In this document: piece after piece, positions 24,524 through 37,900 of the stretch
Layout: each line of letters opens with the position of its first letter
How positions within the stretch are numbered: position 1 is the stretch's first letter
Assembly (NCBI GenBank): GCA_051294905.1
Contig: CM119372.1
Location: forward strand, 22,632,001 to 22,696,000
Length of the DNA stretch: 64,000 bases
Reading direction: 5' to 3'
Source of the DNA: Botryllus schlosseri
Taxonomy: Eukaryota
Program-made: the position numbers and the translations under genes
Notes under the pieces: model-generated
Database searches by the model: none
What the model saw: the letters and a program-made list of their open reading frames with translations, nothing else
What the model was told of the DNA's origin: nothing

Positions 24524-25125
24524 TTCGTCTTTCGAAAGGCACAAAAAAAAATATATTTTGACGTTTATAATTTTTTTTCGTGTTCATGGAAAACATTCAT
24601 CGGTGATCATGGTGAACACTTTTCGATGTCTGACTGCCATCGAAGAAGTGCCAAAGTTGATAGCTCCCAATGTATCATCCACGTTCACAGGCACAGGTTA
24701 CAAAACTCGCACTGTTTGGCGCACGCACATATACTGTATAAATAACTAGAGTAAATACAGTACCGGTGCCGCGGTAACTACCGGTACGGCGTGAAACTTA
24801 CGTAATTAAAAAATATATTTACGTAACAGATTATAGGCAAGCGTGCCGTATAATGTCTAACGCAGTACCTCGATCAGCTCGCGGTTGTGCAAACTGCAAA
24901 GCCTGTATGGAATCCGTCTCCTGCGCTCACACTACGTTTTATCTTTTTATTATTTTTTATTAAATTACTTCAACTTGGAGAATCATCGCAGTCGCAGGCA
25001 AAACGTACCGAGATTCTAGTAGGGGTGCAAAGCACAACATCTTGCTGCAAGCCTGCATATGCAACTGCACCAACAAACTTGACTAAGACCAACTAATCAG
25101 CTGCTCTCACGAATCACTCGAGTAC

Positions 25126-25586
25126 CTGAGATGAGCGGATTTGGAATTTCTATGTCCTAATCCAATCCAAATCCTAAACTACAAAATCGAATCCAAATCC
25201 TAATCCATAACTTTTGTATATTCAAATCCGTGTCCAATCCTAATCCGATTCCAACTTGAAATTTAGAAGAAATGTAAGAAAGGAAGTCCAAGCACGATGA
25301 GGAATTTTCTTGTACAACAAACAATCCTCTTGATTTAAGATAACTTAGCATAGGGCTGCACCTCTCATGTTAATTGGCACCGAATGTACCACCATAAGTA
25401 CATTAATAAATGATCTGAAAAAAATTTGACGCCACTCGCGGAACGACATATCAATCTCCCATAAAATCGATCAATCCAATCCAAATCCTAATCCATTCTG
25501 AATTTTTTTAAATCCTAATCCAATCCAAATCCGACAAAATTTCACAAATCCGTTTTTTTCAAATCCATTTTTTCAAATCATCTCTG
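25126..25586 (+). mobile_element. hAT-like MITE, CAGAGATGAGC family (AATCC/GGATT subterminal repeats)
   Basis: TIRs; TSD TCGAGTAC/TCGAGTTC. Confidence 0.8.
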
Positions 25587-25750
25587 TCGAGTTCGAGTAT
25601 AGATAACTAACCTCCGTAGGTTAGTTATCTATAGTTCGAGTATGCGCCGTATGCGGTAACCGAACCGCCGATCATTGCGATAGGGCTGGTGTCCTTATGT
25701 TGCAAATGACCGAGAAATGTTGTAAATGACCAAGGAATGTTGCAAAGGAC

Positions 25751-26171
25751 CAGAGATGAGCATGGATTAGGATTAGGTTTTGAAAAAACAGGATTTGTGA
25801 AATTTTGTCGGATTTGGATTGGATTTGGATTAGACATTTTTTTCGGAACGGATTAGGATTTGGATTGGATTTACCTATTTTCTGGGAGATTGAAATGTCG
25901 TGTGGCGAAATGCGACAAACTTTATTCAGACCAGTTATTAATGTAGTTATGGTTACGAAGTTATCTTGAAACAAGTGAATCGTTGGTTGTGAAAGAAAAT
26001 TTTCGAATCCCTCCATTGCATAAATTATTATTTTTTCCGAATTTCCAGTTAGAATCGGATTAGGACTGGACATGGACTTGAATATGAAAAAGTTATGGAT
26101 TTGGATTTGGATTTGAAGGTTCGGATTTGGATTGGATTAGGACATAGAAATTTCAAATCCGCTCATCTCTG
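25751..26171 (-). mobile_element. CAGAGATGAGC-family MITE
   Basis: TIRs; perfect TSD CAAAGGAC. Confidence 0.88.
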
Positions 26172-26496
26172 CAAAGGACCGAGGATTGAGGTTGCAAATG
26201 ACCAAGGATTGAGGTTGCAAATGTACCACCATCACTGCCGTTTGTTATGTATTTTGGTTCGATGAAAATATAGACTCTCTCTCTCTCTGACCAAGGATTG
26301 AAGTTGCAAATGACCAAGACCAGTGCTTTTCAACCCGTGTAACGGTTCGCACTTGTGCGAATGAAAAAAATTGCAGTGCGAATGACGAAGGTGGTGCGAA
26401 TGGTGCGAATGAAAATCCGGACTGAGTGCGAATGAAAGTCGTGAATAATAATTTGTTAATTTGTCTGACGTGGAATAATTCCAATGAACCTAATAG

Positions 26497-26975
26497 CAGA
26501 GATGAGCGGATTTGAAATTTTTTATGTCCTAATCCAATCCAAATCCTAACTTCAAATGCTAATCCAAATCCTAATCCAGGACTTTTTCATATTCAAGTCC
26601 ATGTCCAATCCTAATCCGATTCCAACTTGAAATTCAGAAAAAATGCTAATTTATGCAAGGGAGAGATTGGAAATTTTTCTTTCACAACCAACGATTCTCT
26701 TTATTCAAGATCACTTAGCAGAGGGCAGCACCTCTCATGTTCATTTGCACCGAGTTTACCATAGTATAGTGTACGATAAGTGCATAAATAACTGATCTGA
26801 ATAAAGTTTGTCGCCATTTGCCACACGACATATCAATCTCCCAGAAAATCGGCAAATCCAATCCGAATCCACCCAGAAAAAATTTTCTAATCCTAATCCA
26901 ATCCAAATCCGACAAAATTTCTCAAATTCTGTTTTTTCAAATCCAAATTTTAATCCATGCTCAAGCTCATCTCTG
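26497..26975 (+). mobile_element. CAGAGATGAGC-family MITE
   Basis: TIRs; perfect TSD CCTAATAG. Confidence 0.88.
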
Positions 26976-27628
26976 CCTAATAGGAAATTCAAGGGCAGTG
27001 TCACTTTTGTAGTTGCGACTAAATTGTAAAAACTTGTTTAACTTACCACGCTCCACTAATCGTAGCTCTCAGAAGCCGTAGTGAATTAATATTTTCGCAC
27101 TATAAGAGAGAAGAAATTGATCCATATTATAATTAATACTGCCAATATGCTTGGGTGACTCCGGCCTAGAAGACTTCGGTCATATCGGGTCTCCCAGTCT
27201 ATACCGTGTAAATTATAGTTAGGAAAATTAAAAAAATGTATACTATTGGACGTGAATGTTTGTGGACATTGCCTTTACTATATTTCATGGTTGACGAATA
27301 AAAGAACTCTCTCTCTCTCTCTCTATAATTATGACGTAATCAAAAGCCTGGTTTGGAAGCTGGTGTAGCGGTAGACAAAGAATCTTCTACATTCTTTGGC
27401 GGTAGACATAGGCTACAGAATACAAGCCCGTGTGAGTCTGCGACAGGCTGAAAAAATGACGTCAAATTGACCTTCTGCTTTCTTTCGCTAAACAATCATC
27501 ATACATTCGTAATACCTGTTCGATTAGCGCGAGGCACGAGGATAGTATTAAATACCATCATTACAGACTCACATTTGCAAGTTATCGTAACGCAAATTTT
27601 TACCCCTTCAAGGGTCATTAAAGCATGT

Positions 27629-28189
27629 CAGGGTGGTAACCAAGTCACAAAGCTCCGAGTCACAAGTCATTCTCACTTTTATGGTTTTGACTCAAGTCAA
27701 GTCGAGTCATTTTCAATTCAACACCGAGTCAAGTCCGAGTCCAAGTCATCGAGCAGAGGTTCTAGTCCGAGTCATGCTATTATGACTCGAGTCCGAGTCC
27801 AAGTCTTTGTGTTGACTGCTCAGTTTCCAGTTAAAGCCAGGTTAAGCCCACTTTAACAACTCTATTTGGTGATATCGGTTGGTTCGCATTTATAATATAC
27901 TCATTTTCAACAGTTTCTGGTCGCATTTTAAAATGCCAGTACCAATGGACGTAATCCCAATAGGGTGGTTACTTTACTGTTCTTTGAAATTACAATGAAA
28001 TATCGGTCTTGGCCGTCTGAGTCTCGACTCTCGAGTCATATGACTTGGTTCGAGTCATGCGCAATGACTCGAGTCCAAGTCGAATCAATACACAGATTGA
28101 CTGGAGTCAAGTCATTTCCGTAATTTGAGAAAATGATTCGAGTCAAGTCGAGTCATCAAAAAATCGTGACTCGAGTCATTACAACCCTG
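27629..28189 (+). mobile_element. hAT-like MITE with GACTCGAGTC subterminal repeats
   Basis: CAGGGTGGTAA...TTACAACCCTG; degenerate TSD; homologous to 51241-51719. Confidence 0.8.
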
Positions 28190-30187
28190 AAGTATATGGA
28201 CCGCAAAAGGTATAATTTTGGGTCATCACCGTGCCAGTCAGTCTGTTAATATATATGTAATATTTGTTGATTTATTGCGAAAAATTCTGCGATAGTTTTT
28301 ACATATCCAAAGTCATTGCGTTGGGTAATGTAGCTAATATGCGAGGCCCGCAGAAAATATGGCTTATCATGAGCTGGATTAATGACAAGATTTGTTTGAC
28401 TGTGTTTTTCTGGAAAACTAGGCCGAAGACCGTTGGGATGGCCTAGTGTGGGGATATGCAACGAGCGAGTTCAGGCCTATGAGATTCATTCATTCCGACG
28501 TCAACCCCTTCTGCGTCGGGGCACAGGAAGGCGAAAAGTTTTGGCCAACAAATCACTGATAACATGCGGTGCCAAAACATAAGCGGCGACAAAACCTTTG
28601 CAAGAAAGTGATTGATGCTGCATGGCCAAACCTCTTGATATGGATGTGGTTCGTTGTCAGCACGGAATAGTCACGTTCTTGCAATCTGAGCAGACAGTAT
28701 ATAGTAGGCCAACAACTGCGACATGCAGAGGAATTTAATTCACCCTAATTTGAAATCGCGGGCGGCAGACATATTTTATAGAGCTGTGTCGGGAAGAATT
28801 GTGGTGTGCGCGTTCTGTATGACACACATGTACGTAAAATCGTAGCATACTACTGTAATATTAAAAATGAATTACATTTCATGGGTGAACCTTGGGTCGC
28901 GAGATGCCACAAAAAATCGGATTTTGGATAGCTGTGCACTGCAGGTTTGCAGAACAGATTTTCAAACCTGGCCATCCAAGCACTAGTAGCGCCGAGAAGG
29001 GTTTTAGTGAAATAGTTTAAATCAAAACGAGCGAAAAAAGTTGCCTTTTTAATGAGACACTCGATAGTTTAAGCTACATAGTAGCCAATTTGTAGCACAT
29101 CTGAACAAAATGTTGTTAAGTATCTTCCTTTTCTTTTATGTATAACAATTTTCGGTTAGTTTGTGCGAATGAAATTTATTTTCCAAAAAAAAGTGCGAAA
29201 GGAGCTCAAAAAGGTTGAAAAGCACTGACCAAGACTATTGCAAATGACCAAGAAGTAGGCCTACTTCCACGTTGCAAATGACCAAGAACGGTCAAAACTC
29301 TCAACAGGGTGGGGTCCTCCCACCAAACGTTTGGCCTAATAGGGTGGGTCCCCCACTAATTTAACTAAATACAAATACTTAAAATCCAGGATTTTTGCGA
29401 GGACTGGGGTAGGTCAGCTGGTGTGGCCAGTCGGGGCCTCCCAACCAATTTGGCTAAATCCAAATAAAAAAAAAATCCATATTTTGGCAAAGACTGAAGA
29501 TCACCAGCTGGCATGACCATTGACCATGTCGAGTTAAACCTTCGCCAATTTCGCCAGATCCCGATCCAAATATCCAGAGTATTTCCCAAGACTGACGACT
29601 GCTCGACGTCCCTAGATTATAGTACCCAAGCGATATTAATCAATTAATTTCCGTAGGTCATGCTTTCCAGAGAAACCATAATGCCATATAAGTCTTACCA
29701 TGATATCAAACCAGTGTATGTAATACAGGGGCCGGCAACCTTTCCTCTGCAGGCAAAACATGTCTAATTTTGTCACATTTAGCGTTCCAAGCAAGGATTT
29801 CCTACCAACTTCTTATCTGCTGCTGGCAACAGCATCGGTTAAACACCGGTGATTCCTAAAGTATTGGTCGAGGAGGTTATACAGTTTTGTCGCTACCTTA
29901 GTAGACCTGCACTGTGCTAGACTCCTGGACTAAAGCAGTCAAACGGTTGCCGTTCCTTTATAATTGCTAATGCGGTTGGATCCATTTCTGTAGCTTTATA
30001 CATATTTGTTAAAAAAATTATCTCTATCTCTCTCTAGTATAGAGCCTTTCGGGGCTGATTTTAATGATATTGAAGAAATATTCCGCGCGAGGCGCGATTT
30101 CCTGGCTCCTGGTTTCTATATTATAATGTGGCCACGGGCGGAATATTTTTTCAATATCATTAAAATCAACCCCGAAAGGCCCTATTT

Positions 30188-30835
30188 CAGTGGTTCCCAA
30201 CCTGTGGTAGTGGTACGCAAAGGTCTTCCAGGTGGTACGCGAGTAGATTCTGTTGTTTTTTGACCGAAGGATGTTATTAGTTCAAGTGGGGTTGACTCTA
30301 AGTTTTTTGAAGCCTTTGTCGTCGTGCAAACGTCGTCATCGTGGGTATCTCATCAACAGAGGTGGTAAAAGTAGTCACCGTCGCTACTAAAGTAGAAGTA
30401 GAAGTAACGCCGGAATTTCTACTCAAGTAGAAGTAGGATAGCGGTTCACAAGTAAACAAGTAAGTAAGTAAGTAGGTTTTTATGCCTATTTTTTCCTAAA
30501 AAACTGAAAACTGTCAAGTAGAAGTAGAAGTAGTCTAAAATCATAACTACTTGATAAGTAGTGCAAGTATAGGCAAAATCTACTTCAAAAACTAGATGAA
30601 GTACTTCGTTACTGACCACCTCTGCCCACCAATGACGGCTTACGGGAAAGAGCCGTGAAGCATTGTGATTTGTTACCTAACCAAATTCCGTTTTAATATA
30701 TTTGACCACAAGAATTCCAAGGACCCTCTACAGAAATCTCTGTGGTGCGCCTTCGGCAGCTAAACACGGTGGAAACATTTTTGACCGCCTTCGGCACGCG
30801 TAGTGGTACGTGAGGAAAAAGGTTAGGAACCACTG
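30188..30835. mobile_element. hAT-like MITE (CAGTGGTTCC TIR) containing a nested CAGAGGTGG-family copy at 30357-30624
   Basis: CAGTGGTTCCCAACC...GGTTAGGAACCACTG; degenerate 8-bp TSDs on both elements. Confidence 0.75.
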
Positions 30836-31114
30836 CTCTATTAGCCTATACGAAAATAATTTTGGGTCGCCTACGAGATTTGTCCATTTTAAAAACTGCT
30901 GTTTAACTTTTTGGCCATATCAATACTGTAGGTTTTGGCCAACCAGCGACTGTCAATTTTGGCCAAGCTTTTATCGCCGTCGATCTTTTTGGCGCCTCAT
31001 CTCACTTTGCCCAGCCGTAGGTTGGCCGAAACTTAATGCTGTAGAACAGTGGTTCCCAACCTTTTTGTCTTCATTCCCCACTTCAGATTTATTCCGAGCC
31101 TTCATTCCCCACCA

Positions 31115-32890
31115 GGACCGTAAACGCGCGAAGCGCGAAAAATTTATATAATCCATGTTTGAATCGGTCAATATGATCGGGAATTGCATATATTTTGCTA
31201 TAAATTTTTTATCCCCTCTCCGCTCACGTAATGAGATTTACCGGTAGAGCTGAGTGAGGTGTGCTGGAAAAGGTAGGACCCCTAAATATGAATTGAACAT
31301 CTTCGGGCAGACCCGTTGAGATATTGACTTCGTTATATGATGCTATTCCATGACTTCCTATATCTGATATATCAAAAGATATGGAAATCGCCAAAACCAA
31401 AAGGCACACACGATTTCAAATTGGTATTCGCAAATAATTTTTCCCTGCGGGATGGCATTTGTCCTGTGGGGCTCAGATCGCCATCAGGGTAGGAACATTC
31501 AGCGCCAGCCATTTAGCCGCCTATGGACAATTAAACATATATGTAGGCTACATTGTATATGTATATATATATCGAAGTTTTCGGTCACCACAAGGGCATT
31601 CCTTCTCGACCAAGGTCTTCTCGCTGCTGCTCGTTCTGGCACACTTCTTGCAGTCGCATGTTACATGGCCTATAACTTCATATGTCTTGGTGCGTGGTGG
31701 CGCAGTAATGATCGACGCCGAAGTCTCCATTTCTATAAATTCTACGTATTGTCGTGGGGGAAGAGTACCCAATAATCAAGATATTTTGCAATATTAAATC
31801 GCGCGCCCAGCGCAAATAAAATTAAAAACGTGTCATAGGGGGGATGTGGTATCGATGGATCACTGGGACCGAAAATACTTTGAAAATTCTCTATGATAAT
31901 TCCATGATTACACTCCGTGAACTTTTCTACAATTGCACGCTGGCAACATCTTTCCTCACATACAAAAAAATTCGACGTGCGCGAACTATGGGGTCTCTCA
32001 CAGATGTTTTTTGTTTTGGGGGGTGTAAACTAAACTTAGATCGACATATACATTCTTCTTTGTAACCTTCAACACGAACAAACCAGCAATCATTTTTATT
32101 GTGAAGTCTAGGGCTTGTATCAGGCTATATAATGGAACCTATTATTTTTTTCAGTTCTTTCCTTGAATGGAATTTTTTTCGATTCATGTACAAAATTAGT
32201 AGGGTGGGGACCGATGATACAATAGCCAAATCAAGCAAAATAATCAAGCATTCTAATCGTGAAACAAATGAAACATGACTACGTACAGAAAATCTTTATG
32301 TAGTAATTGAATATGATGTTTTATCGCTATAACGAGGTCTTTGGAAGTCACACTGTCGATTTTCGGTCAATATGTATGTACCCTCAAATTTATAAGTCCG
32401 AGCCTAAATCGAAACGTGATTTTATGACAACATTTGAGTCAATATTTAATCCATTTTTTGACGGTTGCGACCGAAAATTCTTCTTTGGCTTGCTGTAGCT
32501 TAGATTATAATACTGAGCAAGAAAAGTTGTCACATCTGAGTTTTTTAGGGTATATGTGTCATAGGTCCCCGGGTCGTGTGCCATTGGACCCACCGGGGGG
32601 ACCGATGACACGTTCGAGCAACAAATTTTAAACGTCCATAAATATTTTTTGACAAGACGGATATTCACGTATATGTGCGCGATAGGTAGAGCTTGTATCA
32701 AAGTGCTGAACCAGCAAAAGATCTGCTGTTTTCGGCTAAACATTTTGGGGCCAGCGAACTTTTTCCAATTTTTGATCCATCGGTACCACATCTCCCCTAC
32801 ATTTGCAATAAATACTCTATAATTTATGTTAATCAACGAAATCATTTTGGGCTACTTTGAGCTCGATTTGGGGTGCGGCAGTTATGGTTC
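31115..32890 (-). mobile_element. Degraded CAGGGCCGTAAC-family copy interrupted by a TA-flanked element at 31838-32797
   Basis: Family homology on both sides of the insert; insert has 25-bp TIR GGGG(G/A)GATGTGGTA(T/C)CGATGGATCA. Outer boundaries approximate. Confidence 0.72.
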
Positions 32891-33300
32891 TGTTCCCCAA
32901 AGGGCTGTTCAAAAATAACCTTTTTTCGTGAATCTTGCTGGCTAAGTGATTAAATCGTTAGGTTGCCTTAAAAAACGACGCACACCAAATTTGAATTCTA
33001 TCCAACAAATATTCACGGGTTTCGTACAGTTCGAAAATTTTGAATTTGCCCAAAAATGCAAAAAAAAAAATTATTCAAATTTATCTGCCAACCCCATGAA
33101 ATTGTTGCGCTGTCTTCAAAAACTATGCAAAACAAGCCGTAGAAGTGGAGTTATTTCAGTTTTTCGTTGACAATTCTGGGATTATCCTTGATCGGTGGAT
33201 CGACCCATTCTGTACTTCAATCATCTCACGAAATGCAACTATAGGATCATGCCTCGTAGTTCCAAAATTCGATCTGACTTGACTCGAATGTAGTTACTCG

Positions 33301-34491
33301 CAGAGGTGGTCAGTAACGAAGTACTTCTACTTTTTGGAAGTACTCATGTAGTTTTCCTCTACTTCTGGTGCTTACTCAGGTAGATCTGATTTTTTTTCTA
33401 CTTCGTAATATTTTGTGATTTACTTACTTACTTTTCGTTATTTTCAGTCTGTCAAGTAGAAATAGTTTAATCCCTCAATACGGAAGATAGCCTGAGGAAT
33501 TTTGGGGCTGTTTTCACGGAGTACCATTATTTAATACTCATAGAAGTCAAGTAAAACCCAGAAATTTTGTTGCGCTTCGCGCACAGTAGTTCTGGATTGA
33601 CAAATTTGTTTTCACGAAAGTATCAGTGAAGATAATTTAGGTACCGGATTGCTTGGTTCCACTCACACTGCATTGTCGCCCATATCAAATATTCCATCAC
33701 AGTAAATATGGACACCATAACGTTTGAAACTACCGTCTCGTAATCTAGCAATTACCTATCATACCGTAATCTAGCAGCGCATGGCGTGTCCTGCCAATCA
33801 GGAAAATCCGGCTTTTTTGATCGTTACACCTGTCTTAGCAGATCACCTATGAAGCTTCATGGACAAAAGACATGAAATAAATTTTCTGCTTTTTAGAAGT
33901 GGTATCGTATTTCACTTTCAATTTCGAGTATCATACTTCTAATTACTTTCAGTTCTTTTCTCTGCAGAGCATACATGTTGAAGCATAAAAGCAAGTGTAG
34001 TAATGCCTCTATTTTCCGAAAATAAAGCTACGCTAAATATATTTACGATCCACTATATTTGTTATTTACGTACACTAATCACGCGAAGTGTTGAAACCAT
34101 GTCCGATACAACTTCTCCGTATTGCTCATCGCTCAAACTTGAGGCCTTATAATATGGGGTAGGGCGCCATGCCATGATGTTCTCTAAAACAAGGTCCTCC
34201 AGTAAACTAAGGGTTAGTATCGCATTTTCATATCAATACTATAATTTGCATCTCATGATGCGGAAGAATGCTTATTCAGTCGAAAATTGATACCTCCTGG
34301 GATGCATCAATACGAATCAAGCTCTCTGCATCTTTGGACAGTCCATGCCAACGAATTGAGACTGTTTTCAAAACTACTCACTTACTCGAGTAGAATTAAA
34401 GTCAGTCAATTCTACTTCAAGTAGTTTTCGGTCACTTACGGAAGAGGTACTTCTACTTAAGTAGCTTTCTAGACTACTTTGACCACCTCTG
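33301..34491 (+). mobile_element. CAGAGGTGGTC-family hAT-like element
   Basis: TIRs; TSD GTTACTCG/GTTACTAG; internal homology to the 4413 and 53657 copies. Confidence 0.85.
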
Positions 34492-34956
34492 GTTACTAGA
34501 TCTATCACCACGCTAATATCTCGTCGAGAGATACCAGGTTGAAACTTGTTCAATTTCTCCGAGGAAACCATATCTGCTAACGTAATCTTCAGAAGCCATA
34601 TTGGTAGCTCATTGGCAAAAGACGTGCTCTCACTCATAATATCACCTGTCAGCTCGGTCAACAAGAAATTCTTCAGATAGCAAGTAGAAGTTTGTTGTAA
34701 ATTACAATCGAAAGATGGACAAATCCTTCAAGTAAAAAGCAGCTGGATTCATGCAGTAATCAAACAGCGTTGGACTATTGCTAATTCTAATACAAGTCTC
34801 AACTTGCAAATACAAGCCCACTCTTTCAGTGCATGTGGACAAGCCAACGACGTGACGAAGTCTATCCGATGCGCGGGTCGCTCAAATTCGTCACCCATAA
34901 GAATCCAGTGGATCTGCTACCCGGTCTGCAGTCCCCTTAGTCAGCGCCTGCAATCG

Positions 34957-37900
34957 TTATTGCAGTTCTCCAACATAGATCTGTTTATCGCTTGAGCAAG
35001 ATACAACTGTGGAAAAAATTTGGATGACAATTTAATGATTGCGTTGATGAAAAGCTGTCTTTCATGCTAGCACTACTTACTGATTCTTTCTTTCGGGTGA
35101 AAAGACACTTCGTTAACGCAACCTGCATGTCCGGGAAGCTTGTACATCAACTGGGTCGACTGCATGTCCCACACATACACAAATCTATCTCAAGAGACCA
35201 GTTTTAACGGGCGATTCGTCGAATGTAAGCGCTTGCCACTCACCTATCTGCTGATCCGGCAGCCACTCTTTTGCCATCGGGTGACCAACTGCATCTCAGC
35301 AAATTCTGGAAAATGTGAAATATCACTACCTCCTCATATCTCACTCCTACACTTCATTATGGGCAATTGAGGTTTCAAGGGTCCCATAGTGAAAAATAGT
35401 ATCAAAAATTGCCGTTGATAAATTAACATTGTGGCGGGAAACGTATAATTTCAGTAAAAAAATCATCTTGCTACTCGACTCGAAGGGGATTTGACTACAA
35501 ATCAAGTATGTGCCAACAACTGAGGCCATTTCCAAGTGCACCTCCACAAAATACTCCACTTTGACATTGTGATATTATTTTAATTATCTTCATCACGTCA
35601 TATGAATCTTTGACGTACAGTAATGTTTTGATATTATGCTAAACACAAGAAATTGTTGATTTCCACAAACACAAGTTTGATTGTGACGAAGTACTTACCA
35701 AGGCGAGACATTAACTCTGTTACTAAGTTATACCACATGTCAACACAAGTGAGCTTAGAACATTAGGGAATGTGTGGTAACATGATTGGCACTACCACAG
35801 CTGAAGACACAGGCGGACATTCATACCATTTCGAAATTCCGTTGGTGGCCGACGAAAACCCTTGTACACCGCTCCTGTGGTGCATACGGCCGGACGTCCC
35901 ACGCCCTCAATGTGCTATCCATCGAGTTTGATAATAAGAAATTACCGTCTGCACTCAACATTAATCCAGTGATGGTGTCGGTATGACCGCGAAGTGACAT
36001 AGTGGTGCGATCATTACGTATATCCCAAACCTACAAAATACAAATGACTTGAGGATTCATTAATGATGACATTTTTCAGCAATCAGCATATATACATAGG
36101 CCCATTACAAATTTCGGTTATCATGCAATAATCTAATGCATAATGAGATGAGCTAGGGACATCCAAAGTTTCCTGCTATGCAACTTCCAATAAGTTGACC
36201 CTCAACATGAAAACTTTTTTGCAATTTTGCAAGTTTACACGGGAACCGAATCTCCAATTTTTGCCCTATCCAAATAAGGTGGAGAAACGAAGCTAAATCG
36301 CAACAAAACGATATCTGGGGAGAGTACATCAGTGATTGAAAAATTACATCCACTCAATGTGCCAGTATAAACAGTGACTTGCCAATAAATACAGTGGGAC
36401 ATCTAGGATCGTAGAGGGAATATCAGAGCATTTCAGGATTCTGAATCTGGCACTGGCCAACCCAGCTAATTATACATAGTTTTATCAAAAAAGCACATAG
36501 CCTGTATCTTTATACCGAAATTACCTTGATGTCATTGTCGATACCTCCTGAGAATACCTGCTGCGCTGTATCATCAAAAGCCACGGCAGTGACTTGATAT
36601 GTGGACTGCAATGACTTGACAGGGGCCTTCCTCCGGACGTCCCACACCTGAAAACATCTTAGGTTAGCTACTGCATCAATAACCCTGGCTAAGAAAAATC
36701 GTTCACGAGTATCAATCCGACCTGTGCTCACCAGTCTTCTTGATGCCATGACCTATTTTTGAACACCGATTCAGACAAGGTAAACCTTCTGGCGTATACT
36801 ATTGAATTTAGCTCTAAACATCTAATGGGTAGCCAACATTCGGATAAACCACTCACCTTTGCTGAAATATCAATAATTACACAAAGGGATACATTAGTCA
36901 TACAGATAGCCATAATGATAGCCTATTTATAAGTGTCCTTCCTATTATCTCGAAATTTTAAATATCACGTTTATTAAAAAAATAGTGCATTTTCACTGTT
37001 CAATCTGCGACACAAATACAATCAGTCATGCTGCCATAGTTTTCAGCAGCTGATGACAATTGTACAATATCTTCGTCACCAAAATAACAGTCAATATATA
37101 ATCATTATCTAATGTTATTCAATCACATGGTCAATTAGGATACCATCTAGTATTGCATCAAATCTAAAGTATATGGGTAAATGCTATAGACCGTAACATA
37201 CTCAGGTATACCTTCACCATGCAGTCGTCACTGCCTGAAACAACAAGTTGGTCCCCCCTTCGCGATGACGCACACGTGTTTACCACGGCTTCATGGCCCT
37301 TCATGCGTTTCACCCTTTCCCCAGTCTCGCTATCGAACATCCCGACTGTTTTATCAGAGCTGGCGGTGAAAATGTTGCTGGAAATGGGGCGATATCATCA
37401 AGTCGAAAGTAAATGCAAAGTAAAGATTCGTAAGTTACCTCCCGTCCGTGTTGAAATTCATCTCTAAAATCGCCCCTTTGTGACCACTTTTGATCGCGTA
37501 ATAGTTTTCGCATTCTCCGTACACTGTCCACAAAACTAAAGCAAAGACACGAGTTTAGATAGAGAATTTCAGCTTCAACCAACTATCATAGGTTAGAAGT
37601 TATATTTGGCACTCATCGAATCACATTTTTATGATTGACACTAACCAATGCAACTTGAAACTTCAAATACGCTATATTACGAATAACAGATATGTAAAAT
37701 CACCATATCAATAAAAAAATGATAGGTCAACTGGAGATTATATCTTACAGATCGATCTATCATATCCCGCAGACGCCAGAACTTCTCCTTCAGGATGAAA
37801 CTTTGCACAACAGATCTCCGCTTCGTGACCGGTGAGCAGCATGATCGGTGCGAATAAGCTCGATGTCCGTGGAGGGCCCTGGTGAATAATGGAATGGTTC

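Larger units (their letters stand above)
18543..24652 (-). mobile_element. Merlin (IS1595/ISXO2-related) DNA transposon with very long TIRs
   Basis: Termini GGCACTTCTTCGATGG...CCATCGAAGAAGTGCC. Perfect 8-bp TSD AAAGTTGA at 18535-18542 and 24653-24660. Inverted arms 18543-20447 and 22831-24652 flank an IS1595-type transposase. Confidence 0.93.
26321..29227. mobile_element. Non-autonomous hAT-like element hosting two nested MITEs
   Basis: TIR CAGTGCTTTTCAACC; perfect TSD ACCAAGAC; GTGCGAA subterminal motifs at both ends. Confidence 0.85.

Noticed and set aside
25700..26320. CRISPR-like spaced repeats (TTGCAAATGACCAAG)
   Set aside because: Eukaryotic context, spacers very short and non-unique, no cas genes; these are TE subterminal repeats.
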